Shown here: positions 1 to 9,538 of the stretch, in pieces
Layout: each line of letters opens with the position of its first letter
Position numbering within the stretch: the first letter of the stretch is position 1
Origin: a virus
IMG/VR virus record: IMGVR_UViG_3300029258_002856
Length of the DNA stretch: 64,000 bases
Reading direction: 5' to 3' (one strand)
Program-made: the position numbers and the translations under genes
Notes under the pieces: generated by a model
The model's input: only the letters and a program-made list of their open reading frames with translations
Databases searched by the model: none
Told to the model about the DNA's origin: nothing

Positions 1-5
1 ACCTC

Positions 6-1715
6 ATGGATGAGTTCACGGAGGACGAGGTTCAATCGTCACGTGACCTTCAAGCGCTCATCGATGCGGGGCATATCATCATCAAAGATGACGAAGGTGA
101 CCTAGTTCCTATCGTCCAGGAGGCTGGGCCACACAAGCACCCGATAGGGGATTTACTCGACCTCACGCAGTTTGCGGATATGAGTGAGCCCACGGGATTT
201 CCTACACGTGACGATAGTGTGATTTCCTTCGTTGACGGGAGTCGCACGTTTACCATCGAACCCGCGGTGAGTGAGTTCAGCTATTACATTTCCGGTGTAA
301 AGCACGTAAAGTCTTCCTCGCAGACGAAGGTGATCTCTATAGACGAGGGGCTGCATTACCTCTATTTTGATGGGGACACACTCACTGAAACCACGACTTT
401 CGACATCAATCTGCTTTACGAAAAAGCATTAGTGGCAATCGTTTACTGGGACGCGTCTAACTCCAAGCAAATCTATTTCGCGGATGAGCGCCATGGTTGC
501 ACCATGGACGGGCAGACGCACGCACTCTTGCACCTGGTTAGAGGTACGGCCTGGATAACAGGATTGGCGATTGATGGACTGCTAACGGACCAAGACGGGT
601 CACTCGATACTCACGCGCAGGCGGGATACACGGCGGGGGTAATCCGGGATGAGGACCTCACGTTTGATATAGCAGCGGACACAGCTCCTGCGCAGATACC
701 TGTTTATTACAAGGACGGGGCTACTCCGGTTTGGAGGCAGTTCACGGCAACGAACTTTCCCGTAAGACAGTATCTAGGAAATCCGGCGAATCGATTAGCG
801 TACAACCAGTTCACCGGAGGTTCGTGGCAGCAGACGCAAGTCACTGATGGTGACTACGTGCTGGCACATTTGTTTGCTACCAATGACGCTGCTCGCCCTG
901 TTATCGCTATTCAGGGGCAGAACGAATACGGGAATTTGCCACAAGCGCGCGTGGGTGCTTCGGTAGAATTGTCTAATTTGGTATTGGGCGGTTTTCCGAC
1001 GGTAGAGATAACCCCTCTAGGTACTATCATCTTTCAGACAAAGGCGACATACACCAATTCGGTCAAGGCGCGCACGGTGTCGAGTCTTAGTGCTGACTAC
1101 GTAGATCACCGTACGTTCACTGCGGCGAGTACCGGTAGCGTCAATGACCACGGTAATCTTTCTGGTCTTAATGATGACGACCATCTCCAGTACATGGCCA
1201 TGGCACGTGTCGGGGATGTTACAGGTCTTATAAATGAAGCCGCTCCTGGAGGGACCGACGTGCTTTTGATGGAGCGGGCGTCAGATGGCGCAAAAAGAAA
1301 AGTTCCTGTCAGTGCGGTAGGCGGGGGGAGCAGCGGACCGCCGACAGTTATTCAAGGGTCAGAAGATACGCAAGATAGCACTACGTCAGGGTCTTGGGTA
1401 CTAGCGTGGCGTTTTTCTCCCACACTCGAAGTTGCCAAGTACGTGCTTTGGTTTTCTTCTGAGATTGTATCCGGTAACGGTACCGATAAAGTGCACGCGA
1501 AACTCGAACTCGACGACACAACGGTCATATCCCAAGTAGCGCACGAACCTGAAGACCTGGAAAACAATGAGTGGCAGACCTTTGCGGGGGTTTATTTTCT
1601 GAATAATACAGTTGCAGGTTCTCATAATTTTGACTTTGATATTTTTAGTCAGAATGGCGGGAATACTGCGTACATTCGGCGTAAACGCATCGTACTCATG
1701 AAGGTGGAGGAGTAA
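6..1715 (+). CDS. Virion structural / tail-fibre-associated protein (may be 5'-truncated by the window edge)
   Basis: 569-aa ORF containing the HGNLSGLNDDDHLQY motif common in phage tail/fibre proteins; beta-rich C-terminal domain; coupled to the next ORF. Confidence 0.5.
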   Translation: MDEFTEDEVQSSRDLQALIDAGHIIIKDDEGDLVPIVQEAGPHKHPIGDLLDLTQFADMSEPTGFPTRDDSVISFVDGSRTFTIEPAVSEFSYYISGVKHVKSSSQTKVISIDEGLHYLYFDGDTLTETTTFDINLLYEKALVAIVYWDASNSKQIYFADERHGCTMDGQTHALLHLVRGTAWITGLAIDGLLTDQDGSLDTHAQAGYTAGVIRDEDLTFDIAADTAPAQIPVYYKDGATPVWRQFTATNFPVRQYLGNPANRLAYNQFTGGSWQQTQVTDGDYVLAHLFATNDAARPVIAIQGQNEYGNLPQARVGASVELSNLVLGGFPTVEITPLGTIIFQTKATYTNSVKARTVSSLSADYVDHRTFTAASTGSVNDHGNLSGLNDDDHLQYMAMARVGDVTGLINEAAPGGTDVLLMERASDGAKRKVPVSAVGGGSSGPPTVIQGSEDTQDSTTSGSWVLAWRFSPTLEVAKYVLWFSSEIVSGNGTDKVHAKLELDDTTVISQVAHEPEDLENNEWQTFAGVYFLNNTVAGSHNFDFDIFSQNGGNTAYIRRKRIVLMKVEE

Positions 1716-1716
1716 T

Positions 1717-2337
1717 ATGGCCGCCACTAAGTACTCGTATTCGGTTTCGGGGGACTTCCCAAACCAAAAAGTGAATCCCACATCTCTCAAAAATGAGATT
1801 GAGGCCAGTTCAATAGCCATAACGTTTGGGTATGTGTTCGTAAAGGGAGATGTTTGTGACCTTTGGTTTGATGATGTCCTCTCCACCGAAGACCAGTTGA
1901 CGTTAGACGGCGTAGTGGCGGCACACCAAGCTACGCCCCCCTACATATTCGTCTTTAAGGCGTCGTCGAAAGTGGTGGGGAGTGACCCTAAAAGTATTAC
2001 TAATCCTTCAGAATGGGAAGAGGCGGGTGGGGCCGTTACAAACATAAGTTTTTTCCTTCCGGACGTCACTAAGGCATGGGGACGATTTAGTGTGGATGTT
2101 AAGACGAACGGCGCTGGCGCGAAACTTCGAGTTATTCGTCAAAGTGACGGCGCGGTTTGTACTGCGGCAGACATCGATATCCCGGATACTGGAGGGACGT
2201 GGCAAATCGTATCGTTTTGGGCTAATCAGAATCAACCCCCTGGACCAGACCGGTTTGTGTTGCAAGGATTCCTCAATGGAGCCACCGATTTCCAAGTTCG
2301 GGACTGTGCGGTGTCCTTGATGGCGTGCAACCAGTAA
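1717..2337 (+). CDS. Hypothetical virion-associated protein
   Basis: 206-aa ORF separated by 1 nt from both neighbours; beta-rich C-terminal half. Confidence 0.45.
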   Translation: MAATKYSYSVSGDFPNQKVNPTSLKNEIEASSIAITFGYVFVKGDVCDLWFDDVLSTEDQLTLDGVVAAHQATPPYIFVFKASSKVVGSDPKSITNPSEWEEAGGAVTNISFFLPDVTKAWGRFSVDVKTNGAGAKLRVIRQSDGAVCTAADIDIPDTGGTWQIVSFWANQNQPPGPDRFVLQGFLNGATDFQVRDCAVSLMACNQ

Positions 2338-2338
2338 C

Positions 2339-2893
2339 ATGTCTGGAAAAGTTCTTATCGCTCTTTCCGCTTCGAACGCCTTCTACGGAAAATTACTCCG
2401 TAAAGCCCTGTATGAGCATTCGAAGACACCCAAGGACGAGCAAGTCAATCATGCCTTCATCGTCTACAAGTCCAGTGACTGGCAGGACTGGCGCGCGGTG
2501 GACATTCAGGAGAAGGGCGTGCAGCCCACTCTTCCGGTCAAGCACCTGAAACGGGTGGACTACGTGGAGTGTTATGAGTTGCCCGATGTAGACCTCTGGA
2601 AAGGTCTACGCAGTTGCAAGAATGACCTCTACAAGAAGTACGATTGGATAGGTCTTATTTTTGGTTTTGTACGCCTGCTCTTAGCGCTTGTTGGCTGGAA
2701 GCTCAAAAATCCCATTCATGCCCACAACCGTCTCTTCTGTAGTGAGTACGTGGCGAAGGTCCTGAAGAAGTCAGGGGCTCCTGCGGTGGACCACTGGGCA
2801 CCCGCCAATGTTTCACCGAAAGACTTGCAAGACTACCTGCACCATTACGGGAAGAAGGCTCCCCCACCTACTGCACTCATTGAGGCTATGTGA
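2339..2893 (+). CDS. Permuted papain-like amidase/peptidase (NlpC/P60, YiiX/YaeF-like)
   Basis: His (NHAFIV) precedes YDWIGL and the Cys motif LFCSEYVA, which is the circularly permuted NlpC/P60 order. Confidence 0.8.
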   Translation: MSGKVLIALSASNAFYGKLLRKALYEHSKTPKDEQVNHAFIVYKSSDWQDWRAVDIQEKGVQPTLPVKHLKRVDYVECYELPDVDLWKGLRSCKNDLYKKYDWIGLIFGFVRLLLALVGWKLKNPIHAHNRLFCSEYVAKVLKKSGAPAVDHWAPANVSPKDLQDYLHHYGKKAPPPTALIEAM

Positions 2894-3243
2894 TGTACGA
2901 ATACCGAGGCAAAGTCATCAAGGTTGTGGATGCGGACACGTTGGACATCGCGCTTGACCTGGGGTTCAGCCATACCTGGGAAGTTCGTTTCCGGCTGGCC
3001 AACATCGATGCCTGGGAAGTGCGGGGGGAAGAACGAGAACAGGGACTCGTTGCCAAGGAGTACGTCATCGAGCGGCTCGCCAACATGGAAGGCGAGTACG
3101 TGGTGGTGAAGACGTACAAGGACAAGACCGGTAAGTACGGTCGTTACCTGGCGGATATCTTCATCCCTGAAAAGACCGGCGAGCTCGTAAATCTTAACGA
3201 GGAGCTGGTCAAGCTCGGTCACGCCAAGTGGGCGAGTTACTAG
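2893..3243 (+). CDS. Thermonuclease (SNase-like)
   Basis: Motifs KVIKVVDADT, RFRLANIDAWE, GKYGRYLADIF; ATG overlaps the upstream TGA. Confidence 0.88.
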   Translation: MYEYRGKVIKVVDADTLDIALDLGFSHTWEVRFRLANIDAWEVRGEEREQGLVAKEYVIERLANMEGEYVVVKTYKDKTGKYGRYLADIFIPEKTGELVNLNEELVKLGHAKWASY

Positions 3244-3268
3244 TAACCTCCTACAAAGGAGTTGTGAT

Positions 3269-3502
3269 ATGCAACGGCTCATTCGTGTTTTGAGCGTGTT
3301 GGCGTTTATTGTCGCCATCGCGTTTCTCTTTTTTTGGGCAACGACGCTCTGTAGTTGTATGCCAGAAGCCGAAAAGTATGTGCGCCTACGGTATCCGCAT
3401 TGTGACGTAAAATTAGTGGAAAAGACTTCGAAGGACTCGAAGTTCTTGATATCCTGTCCGGGACAGGAACCGTTCGAAAGGTCGTACCGGGAGATGCGGT
3501 AA
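3269..3502 (+). CDS. Small putative lipoprotein/membrane protein
   Basis: Hydrophobic N-terminal signal-like segment followed by LCSC; AAGGAG SD upstream. Confidence 0.5.
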   Translation: MQRLIRVLSVLAFIVAIAFLFFWATTLCSCMPEAEKYVRLRYPHCDVKLVEKTSKDSKFLISCPGQEPFERSYREMR

Positions 3503-4053
3503 TGCCATTCAAGAGCAAAGCGCAGCAGCGATGGATGTTCGCTGCGGAGGAGCGGGGGGAAGTTCCCAAGGGGACTGCCAAGCGTTGGGCGGACCATACC
3601 CCGAATATTAAAAAGCTACCGGAGGAAAAGAAGATGCGCAAATCAGCAGAACAAATCGCCCATGCGGTGCTCGTGAAGGTGGCGACGGGTAGTTGCGCCA
3701 CTCCGGGTAAGAAAATCAAGAGCAAAGGGAAGGGTCAGGGGAAAGCTCGGGGGAAGGGTAAGGGTCCTCTCGGAATTCCTCGGGACATGAAAACCGCGGA
3801 ACAAATTGCCCATGCGGTGCTCGTGAAGGTGGCGGAGGAAGAGGGGAAGGCCCCCATCACCATCGGTGGACGTATTGGCGGTTCCATCATCGGTGCACAG
3901 TTGGGCGCAATTCTCGCCTCTCTTGCGAGCAGAGGTAATACCCCCATGGGCATTGCGGGTGCCCTCTTGGGTGCTGGGGGCGGTTACGGTGTCGGTACCG
4001 CTATTGACCGTGCTCGCCAGCGTTCTATCAAAAAGCAGATGGGCATTGAGTAG
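3502..4053 (+). CDS. Putative internal-head protein with two KxAEQIAHAVLVKVA repeats and a C-terminal glycine zipper
   Basis: 183-aa ORF; N-terminal MPFKSKAQQRWMF phage motif; duplicated 15-aa motif; GxxxG-rich tail. Confidence 0.55.
   Translation: MPFKSKAQQRWMFAAEERGEVPKGTAKRWADHTPNIKKLPEEKKMRKSAEQIAHAVLVKVATGSCATPGKKIKSKGKGQGKARGKGKGPLGIPRDMKTAEQIAHAVLVKVAEEEGKAPITIGGRIGGSIIGAQLGAILASLASRGNTPMGIAGALLGAGGGYGVGTAIDRARQRSIKKQMGIE
3649..3834 (+). repeat. 36-nt direct repeat pair (3649-3684, 3799-3834; 1 mismatch) encoding EQIAHAVLVKVA
   Basis: gaacaaat(c/t)gcccatgcggtgctcgtgaaggtggcg occurs twice, 150 nt apart. Confidence 0.9.
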
Positions 4054-4925
4054 TGCCTCGAGTTGACCCAGAGACGGAGCTTCCGCTCTACCAGGCGGAA
4101 GACTTCTATGCTCGTACCCTCCCGGCGCTAGGTGGCGCTGCTACTGGCGGTAGGATGATGGGTAAAGCGTACTGGGATGTTTTACGTCCTCGGTGGGGGC
4201 AGACTCAGGGTCTTCTCAACAAGCTGAAAGCGGTCACTGTCGGATTGCCGAAAAAGACGCACCTCGGTATCCTGGGAAGGGGTTTCAAGGGTAGCGTTCT
4301 TGGTGCGCTCACAGGTTTAGGTACGGGACTCGCAGTAGATGCGATGCGAAGACAGGCGCGGGAGTCTTACGCAGCAAAGGCGCAGGGTGAAGGGATGAAA
4401 ACGGCAAAAGAAATCGCGGCGGCTGTGCTCTCCACGGAAGCCCGGGACGACCTCAGCAAGAAGCAATTCGCATTGCCCAAGCAGAAGAAGTATCCCATCC
4501 CGGATAAGACCCATGGGGAGAACGCCTTATCCCGAGTTTCCCAATTCGGCACTCCGGCGCAGCGAGAAACTGTACGGAGTAAAGTTTACAGCAAGTTCCC
4601 GGGTCTCAAGGAACGCTTCAAGAAGCGGGAAGGGGAGTCTCCTACTTCCAAGGAGAACATCCGCAAGGAGAAGCTCGGGGCAGAGCGGATTGCGTTCCGG
4701 GTCCTGGCGAAGACCGCAGCGCTCCAGTCCGGCGCAGAATCGGGCACCAGCGGGGGCCTCGGCATGAATGACCCAACAGGCGCGACCCTTCTCTCTGCGG
4801 CGACGGCGAAGGCGCAGAACCAGCAGAATATGCCGCCCAAGACTGCGCCGACCAAGCAGATGGCGCAGAACACAGGTGGCCCAAAGAAGGCCTCTGTCCT
4901 TCGTTTCTTCAATCGAGAGTGTTGA
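4053..4925 (+). CDS. Glycine-zipper protein with a DUF6582-like module
   Basis: GxxxG segments plus LSTEARDDLSKKQFALPKQKKYPIPDKTHGENALSRV, which resembles the DUF6582 pattern as recalled (not searched). Confidence 0.5.
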   Translation: MPRVDPETELPLYQAEDFYARTLPALGGAATGGRMMGKAYWDVLRPRWGQTQGLLNKLKAVTVGLPKKTHLGILGRGFKGSVLGALTGLGTGLAVDAMRRQARESYAAKAQGEGMKTAKEIAAAVLSTEARDDLSKKQFALPKQKKYPIPDKTHGENALSRVSQFGTPAQRETVRSKVYSKFPGLKERFKKREGESPTSKENIRKEKLGAERIAFRVLAKTAALQSGAESGTSGGLGMNDPTGATLLSAATAKAQNQQNMPPKTAPTKQMAQNTGGPKKASVLRFFNREC

Positions 4926-4926
4926 T

Positions 4927-6972
4927 ATGCGAGCGAGTCCCGGCAAGAATACGTCCTCCATTCCTTTCCGGTTCAACGGGAAGAACGAGCCCGACGTCAA
5001 TGACGGTGCGGACGGTACCGCCAACGACATGAATGTCATTGATGTCAACTCCGGTCCGGAGGGTGTGCGCTTCGATAACACGCACAACTTTCCGACAGAG
5101 AATGTCACGGAGCACGGGACTACCATGGAGGAGATGATTCCGATGGTAGGTGAACTCCCGAATCCGTATCGGGACCGCTACGAGGTAGCCAAGATAGGTG
5201 GTGTTACGTTGTTCGACCAACTTCTCATCAAACATGGGCTAACGGAAGAAGAGGAAGAGGCGGAAGAGGCTGCTGGGAATCCGGTGACTATTGAAGAGGT
5301 AGCCGAGTTTCTGCGCACCAATCCTAATCCGGAGGACTACGAGCTTCACCAGTGGGCAGAGGCTCGAGGGGTGAGTCCGCATGCGGCTGAAGAGTTGATT
5401 TATCAACTGGCGGCGCAACAGGTGACAGGGAAGCCTCCGGAGGACGTTGTGGAAGGTGGGGATCAGGAGAAGGCGGGTGCGCTCGCCAAGTGGGCCAAGG
5501 GCGTGATCCCCGGAGGTCTTGCTGCGGGAAAACCGGACTCAAAGTATAACAAGCACCAGTTGCAGATGGGGATTGAAGTCGAAAAAGAGCATACTCCTGA
5601 TTCGCAGAAGTCCAAGGAAATAGCCAAGGACCACTTGGAGGAGCACCCGCGTTACTACACAGCGTTGGATGAGATGGAAAAGCGTCTGGAAGAGAAGAAG
5701 GCAGTTCAGCTTCCGCGAATTTTTCGGGCGGTGAAACCTCTGGCTAAGCCGAGAGCAGTGAAAAAAACGCTTTCAATTGGTTCTACGTTGATGGGTCCCA
5801 AGGCTCCTGAGGAGGACAAAAAGAAGTCAGCCCCCTTTATTCGCACTAAACTCTCGTTCTTTGAGGACCTACTTCGTAAGCATGGTCAAGGTGACGAGAT
5901 GGGTGGCGGGCTTGTCAACGAAATTCAGATGATGAAGGCGCGTCAGTCCGAGGAGTCGCACGAGCAGGATATGCGCCATAAGGAGGAGCTTCACCAGCTC
6001 AAGGTAGAGCAACAAGTACAGCAGATGGAGGAGCGGCAGCAGGCGGTCCAGAACAAGCAGATGCAGGACCAGCTTGCTACGCAACAGCCGACCATGGAAC
6101 CGATGCCTGCTCCTGAGCCTCCGGACCCGGAACAAGCACAGGCTGCTATCCAGGGAGCCGACGCACAGAGGAAGAACCGGCCGACGCAGATTGGACCGCT
6201 GGATGCGGAAAAGATTGCGGACGCGGTGCTTCGTCTGGCGGATACTTCCAGTACTTATGACCCGGAAAAAACAGAGCGGGGAATCGGGAAGGTAGTTAAC
6301 GCTCCCCTCAATTGGATTGCGGGGAAAGGGAATCCGGAGACGGAAACTGCTGAACTGCGAGATGCACTCGTTCAACGCTTGGTCGAGACCGCCGGAGAAG
6401 ACCCCGCGAACTACATGGTGCGAGATGAAGACCGGGGGATTTTTGGAATCACCACGGGTCCCGCGGAACAAGACAGTACATGGCTAGGACGTAAGATATA
6501 CGGTAAGGGTCACCACTATCATGTTCCCAAAGGTATGCAGGCCATCTACTCGGACCCAGGACGTGACCCATCCGTCATCGCACATGAGGTGGGACACTCT
6601 CTTCCTGGTACAAATGTCGGGGGCAAAGCCGTGCGGGCACTGGGAGGGGGCACTGGACGTTTCGTCGGAGGCAAAGTGGGACCGGTCTTGGCATTTGCAG
6701 GACATCACGCTGGTTCTTTCCCGGTGAAAGTCACGGGGCTCGGCATTACCGCGGGTACCGGGTTAGCGACGCTCTTGGAAGAGATTCGTGCGAGTCGTCG
6801 TGGGCGTCAGCTTTTGCGGGAAACCGGATATGACATCCCGGGTAAGGAAACCGCTCGGATAACCGCCGCAGGCGGCACGTACGCTCTTTCCCTGGCTCAA
6901 GCAGTGGCGCAGATGATGAATGAGATTCAAAAGCAGAAAGAACTTGATGCTGTAATGTCACAATACGGTTGA
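4927..6972 (+). CDS. Multidomain protein: DUF5661-like module, coiled coil, C-terminal HExxH zinc-peptidase-like domain
   Basis: GIEVEKEHT...EIAKDHLEEHPRYYTAL (DUF5661-like); IAHEVGH...LLEEIRASRRG. Start placed at ATG 4927, just after the upstream stop (ORF track frame 4768). Confidence 0.6.
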   Translation: MRASPGKNTSSIPFRFNGKNEPDVNDGADGTANDMNVIDVNSGPEGVRFDNTHNFPTENVTEHGTTMEEMIPMVGELPNPYRDRYEVAKIGGVTLFDQLLIKHGLTEEEEEAEEAAGNPVTIEEVAEFLRTNPNPEDYELHQWAEARGVSPHAAEELIYQLAAQQVTGKPPEDVVEGGDQEKAGALAKWAKGVIPGGLAAGKPDSKYNKHQLQMGIEVEKEHTPDSQKSKEIAKDHLEEHPRYYTALDEMEKRLEEKKAVQLPRIFRAVKPLAKPRAVKKTLSIGSTLMGPKAPEEDKKKSAPFIRTKLSFFEDLLRKHGQGDEMGGGLVNEIQMMKARQSEESHEQDMRHKEELHQLKVEQQVQQMEERQQAVQNKQMQDQLATQQPTMEPMPAPEPPDPEQAQAAIQGADAQRKNRPTQIGPLDAEKIADAVLRLADTSSTYDPEKTERGIGKVVNAPLNWIAGKGNPETETAELRDALVQRLVETAGEDPANYMVRDEDRGIFGITTGPAEQDSTWLGRKIYGKGHHYHVPKGMQAIYSDPGRDPSVIAHEVGHSLPGTNVGGKAVRALGGGTGRFVGGKVGPVLAFAGHHAGSFPVKVTGLGITAGTGLATLLEEIRASRRGRQLLRETGYDIPGKETARITAAGGTYALSLAQAVAQMMNEIQKQKELDAVMSQYG

Positions 6973-6996
6973 CATTCTCCCTTTACTCCGTAAACT
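6969..6996 (+). promoter_or_regulatory. Sigma70-like promoter candidate TTGACA-N16-TAAACT
   Basis: Perfect -35 at 6969-6974 and -10-like TAAACT at 6991-6996, at the start of an intergenic gap. Confidence 0.5.
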
Positions 6997-7098
6997 CGTA
7001 AACGTCACACCTCCTCGGCCGCTGCCGGTTCGGCAATGAAACCTGGGCACATAGGATTTCATCTGGCGCGGTCGTCTGTCTTCTGTTAACGTCCGTTT

Positions 7099-7380
7099 AT
7101 GCCTAGCCCCTTTGAAGGAGTGACGAAAGTCGAGTTCGAACACATTCCGGCTTTCATCCTGGATTTCGTCAAGAACAAGGCAGAGCTGTACGTTGAGCAC
7201 GAGCCAGAAGCTGCACGTACGCTCCGTGTTCCCGAGCTAATAGACGATATTCTTTTTGTTATTGAAGAGATAGAGGACCCGGAGGACAAGATATCACAAC
7301 TCTTTGTCGTCTGGACGAATCTCATCTCGGCGCTCGCGCGTATCGACGTGTTGTCCGCAGCGCGCAAACATCAGGGGTAG
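7099..7380 (+). CDS. Hypothetical protein
   Basis: 93-aa ORF in the + strand gene run; no SD is evident, so the start is uncertain. Confidence 0.5.
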   Translation: MPSPFEGVTKVEFEHIPAFILDFVKNKAELYVEHEPEAARTLRVPELIDDILFVIEEIEDPEDKISQLFVVWTNLISALARIDVLSAARKHQG

Positions 7381-7416
7381 GCTTGGTACAAGTCTCCAAC
7401 GACAGGAGGTTTTACC

Positions 7417-7932
7417 ATGGCATCGACAAAGACGAGGACGATAGGGCGAGAGGCAGCTGGCTGCATTGCCCTCATCGACTACATCGACGACAAAGTGTTC
7501 GGAGATTTCTTCCCTCTCGTGGAGGGCAACGGAATCTTCCGTATCTACCTCACGGTTCCGTCCAAGGAGATGATGTGGAAGGTCATCTTCCCCGGCTGCC
7601 GTGACATCGGGTTGGACTACGGCCTCAAGGTCCGAGGCCGTTCCGCAGGACGGTTCGACCCCCGTAAAGGGGCCAAAGACCCGCACTTCCGGTTTCGATT
7701 GGACGTCAAGTTGTCGGCGGCCATGCGCAGCTGCCAGCAGCACCAGACGGTCTGTTCGATGCTTTTTCGGGCTCGCTCGGATGCATCGGATGAATCGACA
7801 TTCTGGTCGGCTCAGCGTCAGTATCTTACTAAGCACTTTTCCCAACTGTCGCGGAAGTGGCGAGAGCGGAATAACGTCATCGACGCGGAGTTCGAAGACT
7901 ACTCGTACTCGTATAACGCGGAGGAGTGGTAG
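7417..7932 (+). CDS. Hypothetical protein
   Basis: 171-aa ORF with AGGAGG SD. Confidence 0.65.
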   Translation: MASTKTRTIGREAAGCIALIDYIDDKVFGDFFPLVEGNGIFRIYLTVPSKEMMWKVIFPGCRDIGLDYGLKVRGRSAGRFDPRKGAKDPHFRFRLDVKLSAAMRSCQQHQTVCSMLFRARSDASDESTFWSAQRQYLTKHFSQLSRKWRERNNVIDAEFEDYSYSYNAEEW

Positions 7933-7934
7933 CC

Positions 7935-8417
7935 ATGCCGATAGACCAATTCTATGGGATGCTCCCTACCCGCGCTCACAAGATGGCGACCCTCGTGCTG
8001 GAGATGATGGGGTTCCTCGAAGAGAAGTTTCCGGGGGTGATGGAGTGGGATACACGTACTCCGGTCAATCGCTCTAAAGCGCAAATAGTGTTCACCATTA
8101 ACCCCGCACCCAACTCTGTGACAGCGCCGTACATCGCGCAAGAATTGGAAGACATTGTTGACAAGTACGACGCGCTGGCAGATATCGAGACGGTCGGGGA
8201 GGAATTGCGGATAGCCCTGTACGTCGAGCCAGAGTTCGAACATGTAGTTTCGAGCCGTGCCGCGATTGCGGGCGTGGACCCGACAACTGCGTTGATTAGT
8301 TCATTACAGGCGGTGAAGGCGCTCACGGAGGGAAAGACATGCCTCGAGACGGAGGAAAAAAGTCCGGAAGACGTGTTCGACGAGCTATGGCGGGAAAGAA
8401 AAAGAAGAAGCCCCTGA
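7935..8417 (+). CDS. Hypothetical protein
   Basis: ATG 7935 follows GAGGAG and the upstream stop. Confidence 0.6.
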   Translation: MPIDQFYGMLPTRAHKMATLVLEMMGFLEEKFPGVMEWDTRTPVNRSKAQIVFTINPAPNSVTAPYIAQELEDIVDKYDALADIETVGEELRIALYVEPEFEHVVSSRAAIAGVDPTTALISSLQAVKALTEGKTCLETEEKSPEDVFDELWRERKRRSP

Positions 8418-8764
8418 AGCTCACGCGGAATGAGTTGTCGAAAGCGGCGCAGGCAGTCGAAGGCCTCCAGGTGACCATCCCGCAGTTGCTGGAGATGATT
8501 CAGCAGCAGGCCATCACCAACATGCAGCTCAAGGCGCTCAACGACGCGGTAATAAACGAGATGGTCAAGTTCTTCGACGTTATTTACTCCCGGCTATGCG
8601 ACATCGAAGACAAAGTTTTCGGGGAGAACAAAGGGAAGCTCGAATTGCCGGACGGATACCTGGAAGCTATCCGGTTGACCAAGGAACAAGCTGACGAGCT
8701 CAAGGCCAAAATCGAGAGTGCCATAGGAGAGAAGGATGAGGAGGAACCAGAACCAGCTGGATAA
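8387..8764 (+). CDS. Hypothetical coiled-coil protein
   Basis: Start MAGKKKKK at ATG 8387 (frame of ORF 8339); heptad-like pattern. Confidence 0.55.
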   Translation: MAGKKKKKPLKLTRNELSKAAQAVEGLQVTIPQLLEMIQQQAITNMQLKALNDAVINEMVKFFDVIYSRLCDIEDKVFGENKGKLELPDGYLEAIRLTKEQADELKAKIESAIGEKDEEEPEPAG

Positions 8765-9080
8765 CCTGCGGTGCCCTCAATGCGGTAGCTTCGGGCCGTT
8801 CTACATTACCGTAATTGGAACTGCGGAAGTCGTAGATGAAGGATACGATTCGGGAGATGTGACGGACCTCGATTGGGACAGTAGCTCCTCTTGTGCGTGC
8901 AAGAACTGTACGTTTTCCGACATGGTTAATGGTTTCGAGGACCAGGCGCTTGGCCACTATAACCACCTCAACAGTGACTCAGATGCAAAGGAGAGTGACG
9001 AATGTATCGCTGCGGCTTTTGCCGAGGTTTATCAAATCCTGGAGAGTCGAGACTACTCGTCCCCGACTATCGTGTCGTAA
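8736..9080 (+). CDS. Hypothetical Zn-ribbon protein
   Basis: CPQC and CKNC pairs; GAGGAGG upstream. Confidence 0.55.
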   Translation: MRRNQNQLDNLRCPQCGSFGPFYITVIGTAEVVDEGYDSGDVTDLDWDSSSSCACKNCTFSDMVNGFEDQALGHYNHLNSDSDAKESDECIAAAFAEVYQILESRDYSSPTIVS

Positions 9081-9202
9081 TCGACAAGAAAACCGACCGG
9101 GAGCGCAAAGAGATTGCCAAGGAGACTCCGGCGTGTGTAGTATGCTACCCGAAGGAGATGAAAAAGCGGGAATAGGCTATACTTCTCTTCGGGAGGCCGA
9201 CG

Positions 9203-9538
9203 ATGACTAGAGCTGAAATAATTGCTGCTGGACTTGCGGATTTGGAGAAACGGGCGCAGGAGTATCTTTCTGCGGAGCCAGAGCCGGGAGAACATCCTGT
9301 CTTGTCCGAATACCGCAATATCGTGCGTCGCGGAGAACTGGGGGGTACCGGGCTGGGAGCTTTGGCCGGAGGGGGTCTGGGGATGCTCGGACGCAAAGCG
9401 TTCGGGAAGGGGATGTTGCTGCCTGCCGCGGGAGCCCTCGGGGGTGGCTTACTTGGGAAGTATTTCGGGCGTCAGGCCGGAGAAGAAGCGGGAGCCAAGT
9501 CCCTGGAGCAAGCTACGGGCATCCCGTGGGAAGCCTAG
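9203..9538 (+). CDS. Glycine-zipper protein (putative internal-head family)
   Basis: GGAGG SD; long GxxxG tract; N-terminal TRAEIIAAGLADLEKRA resembles the shared motif. Confidence 0.55.
   Translation: MTRAEIIAAGLADLEKRAQEYLSAEPEPGEHPVLSEYRNIVRRGELGGTGLGALAGGGLGMLGRKAFGKGMLLPAAGALGGGLLGKYFGRQAGEEAGAKSLEQATGIPWEA

Noticed and set aside
3236-3247. Palindrome GTTACTAGTAAC resembling the array hairpin core
   Set aside because: It overlaps the thermonuclease stop codon and lacks the closing stem and junction motifs of the array modules. The same applies to the near-match ACGGCGTAACTCCGT at ~28304-28318.
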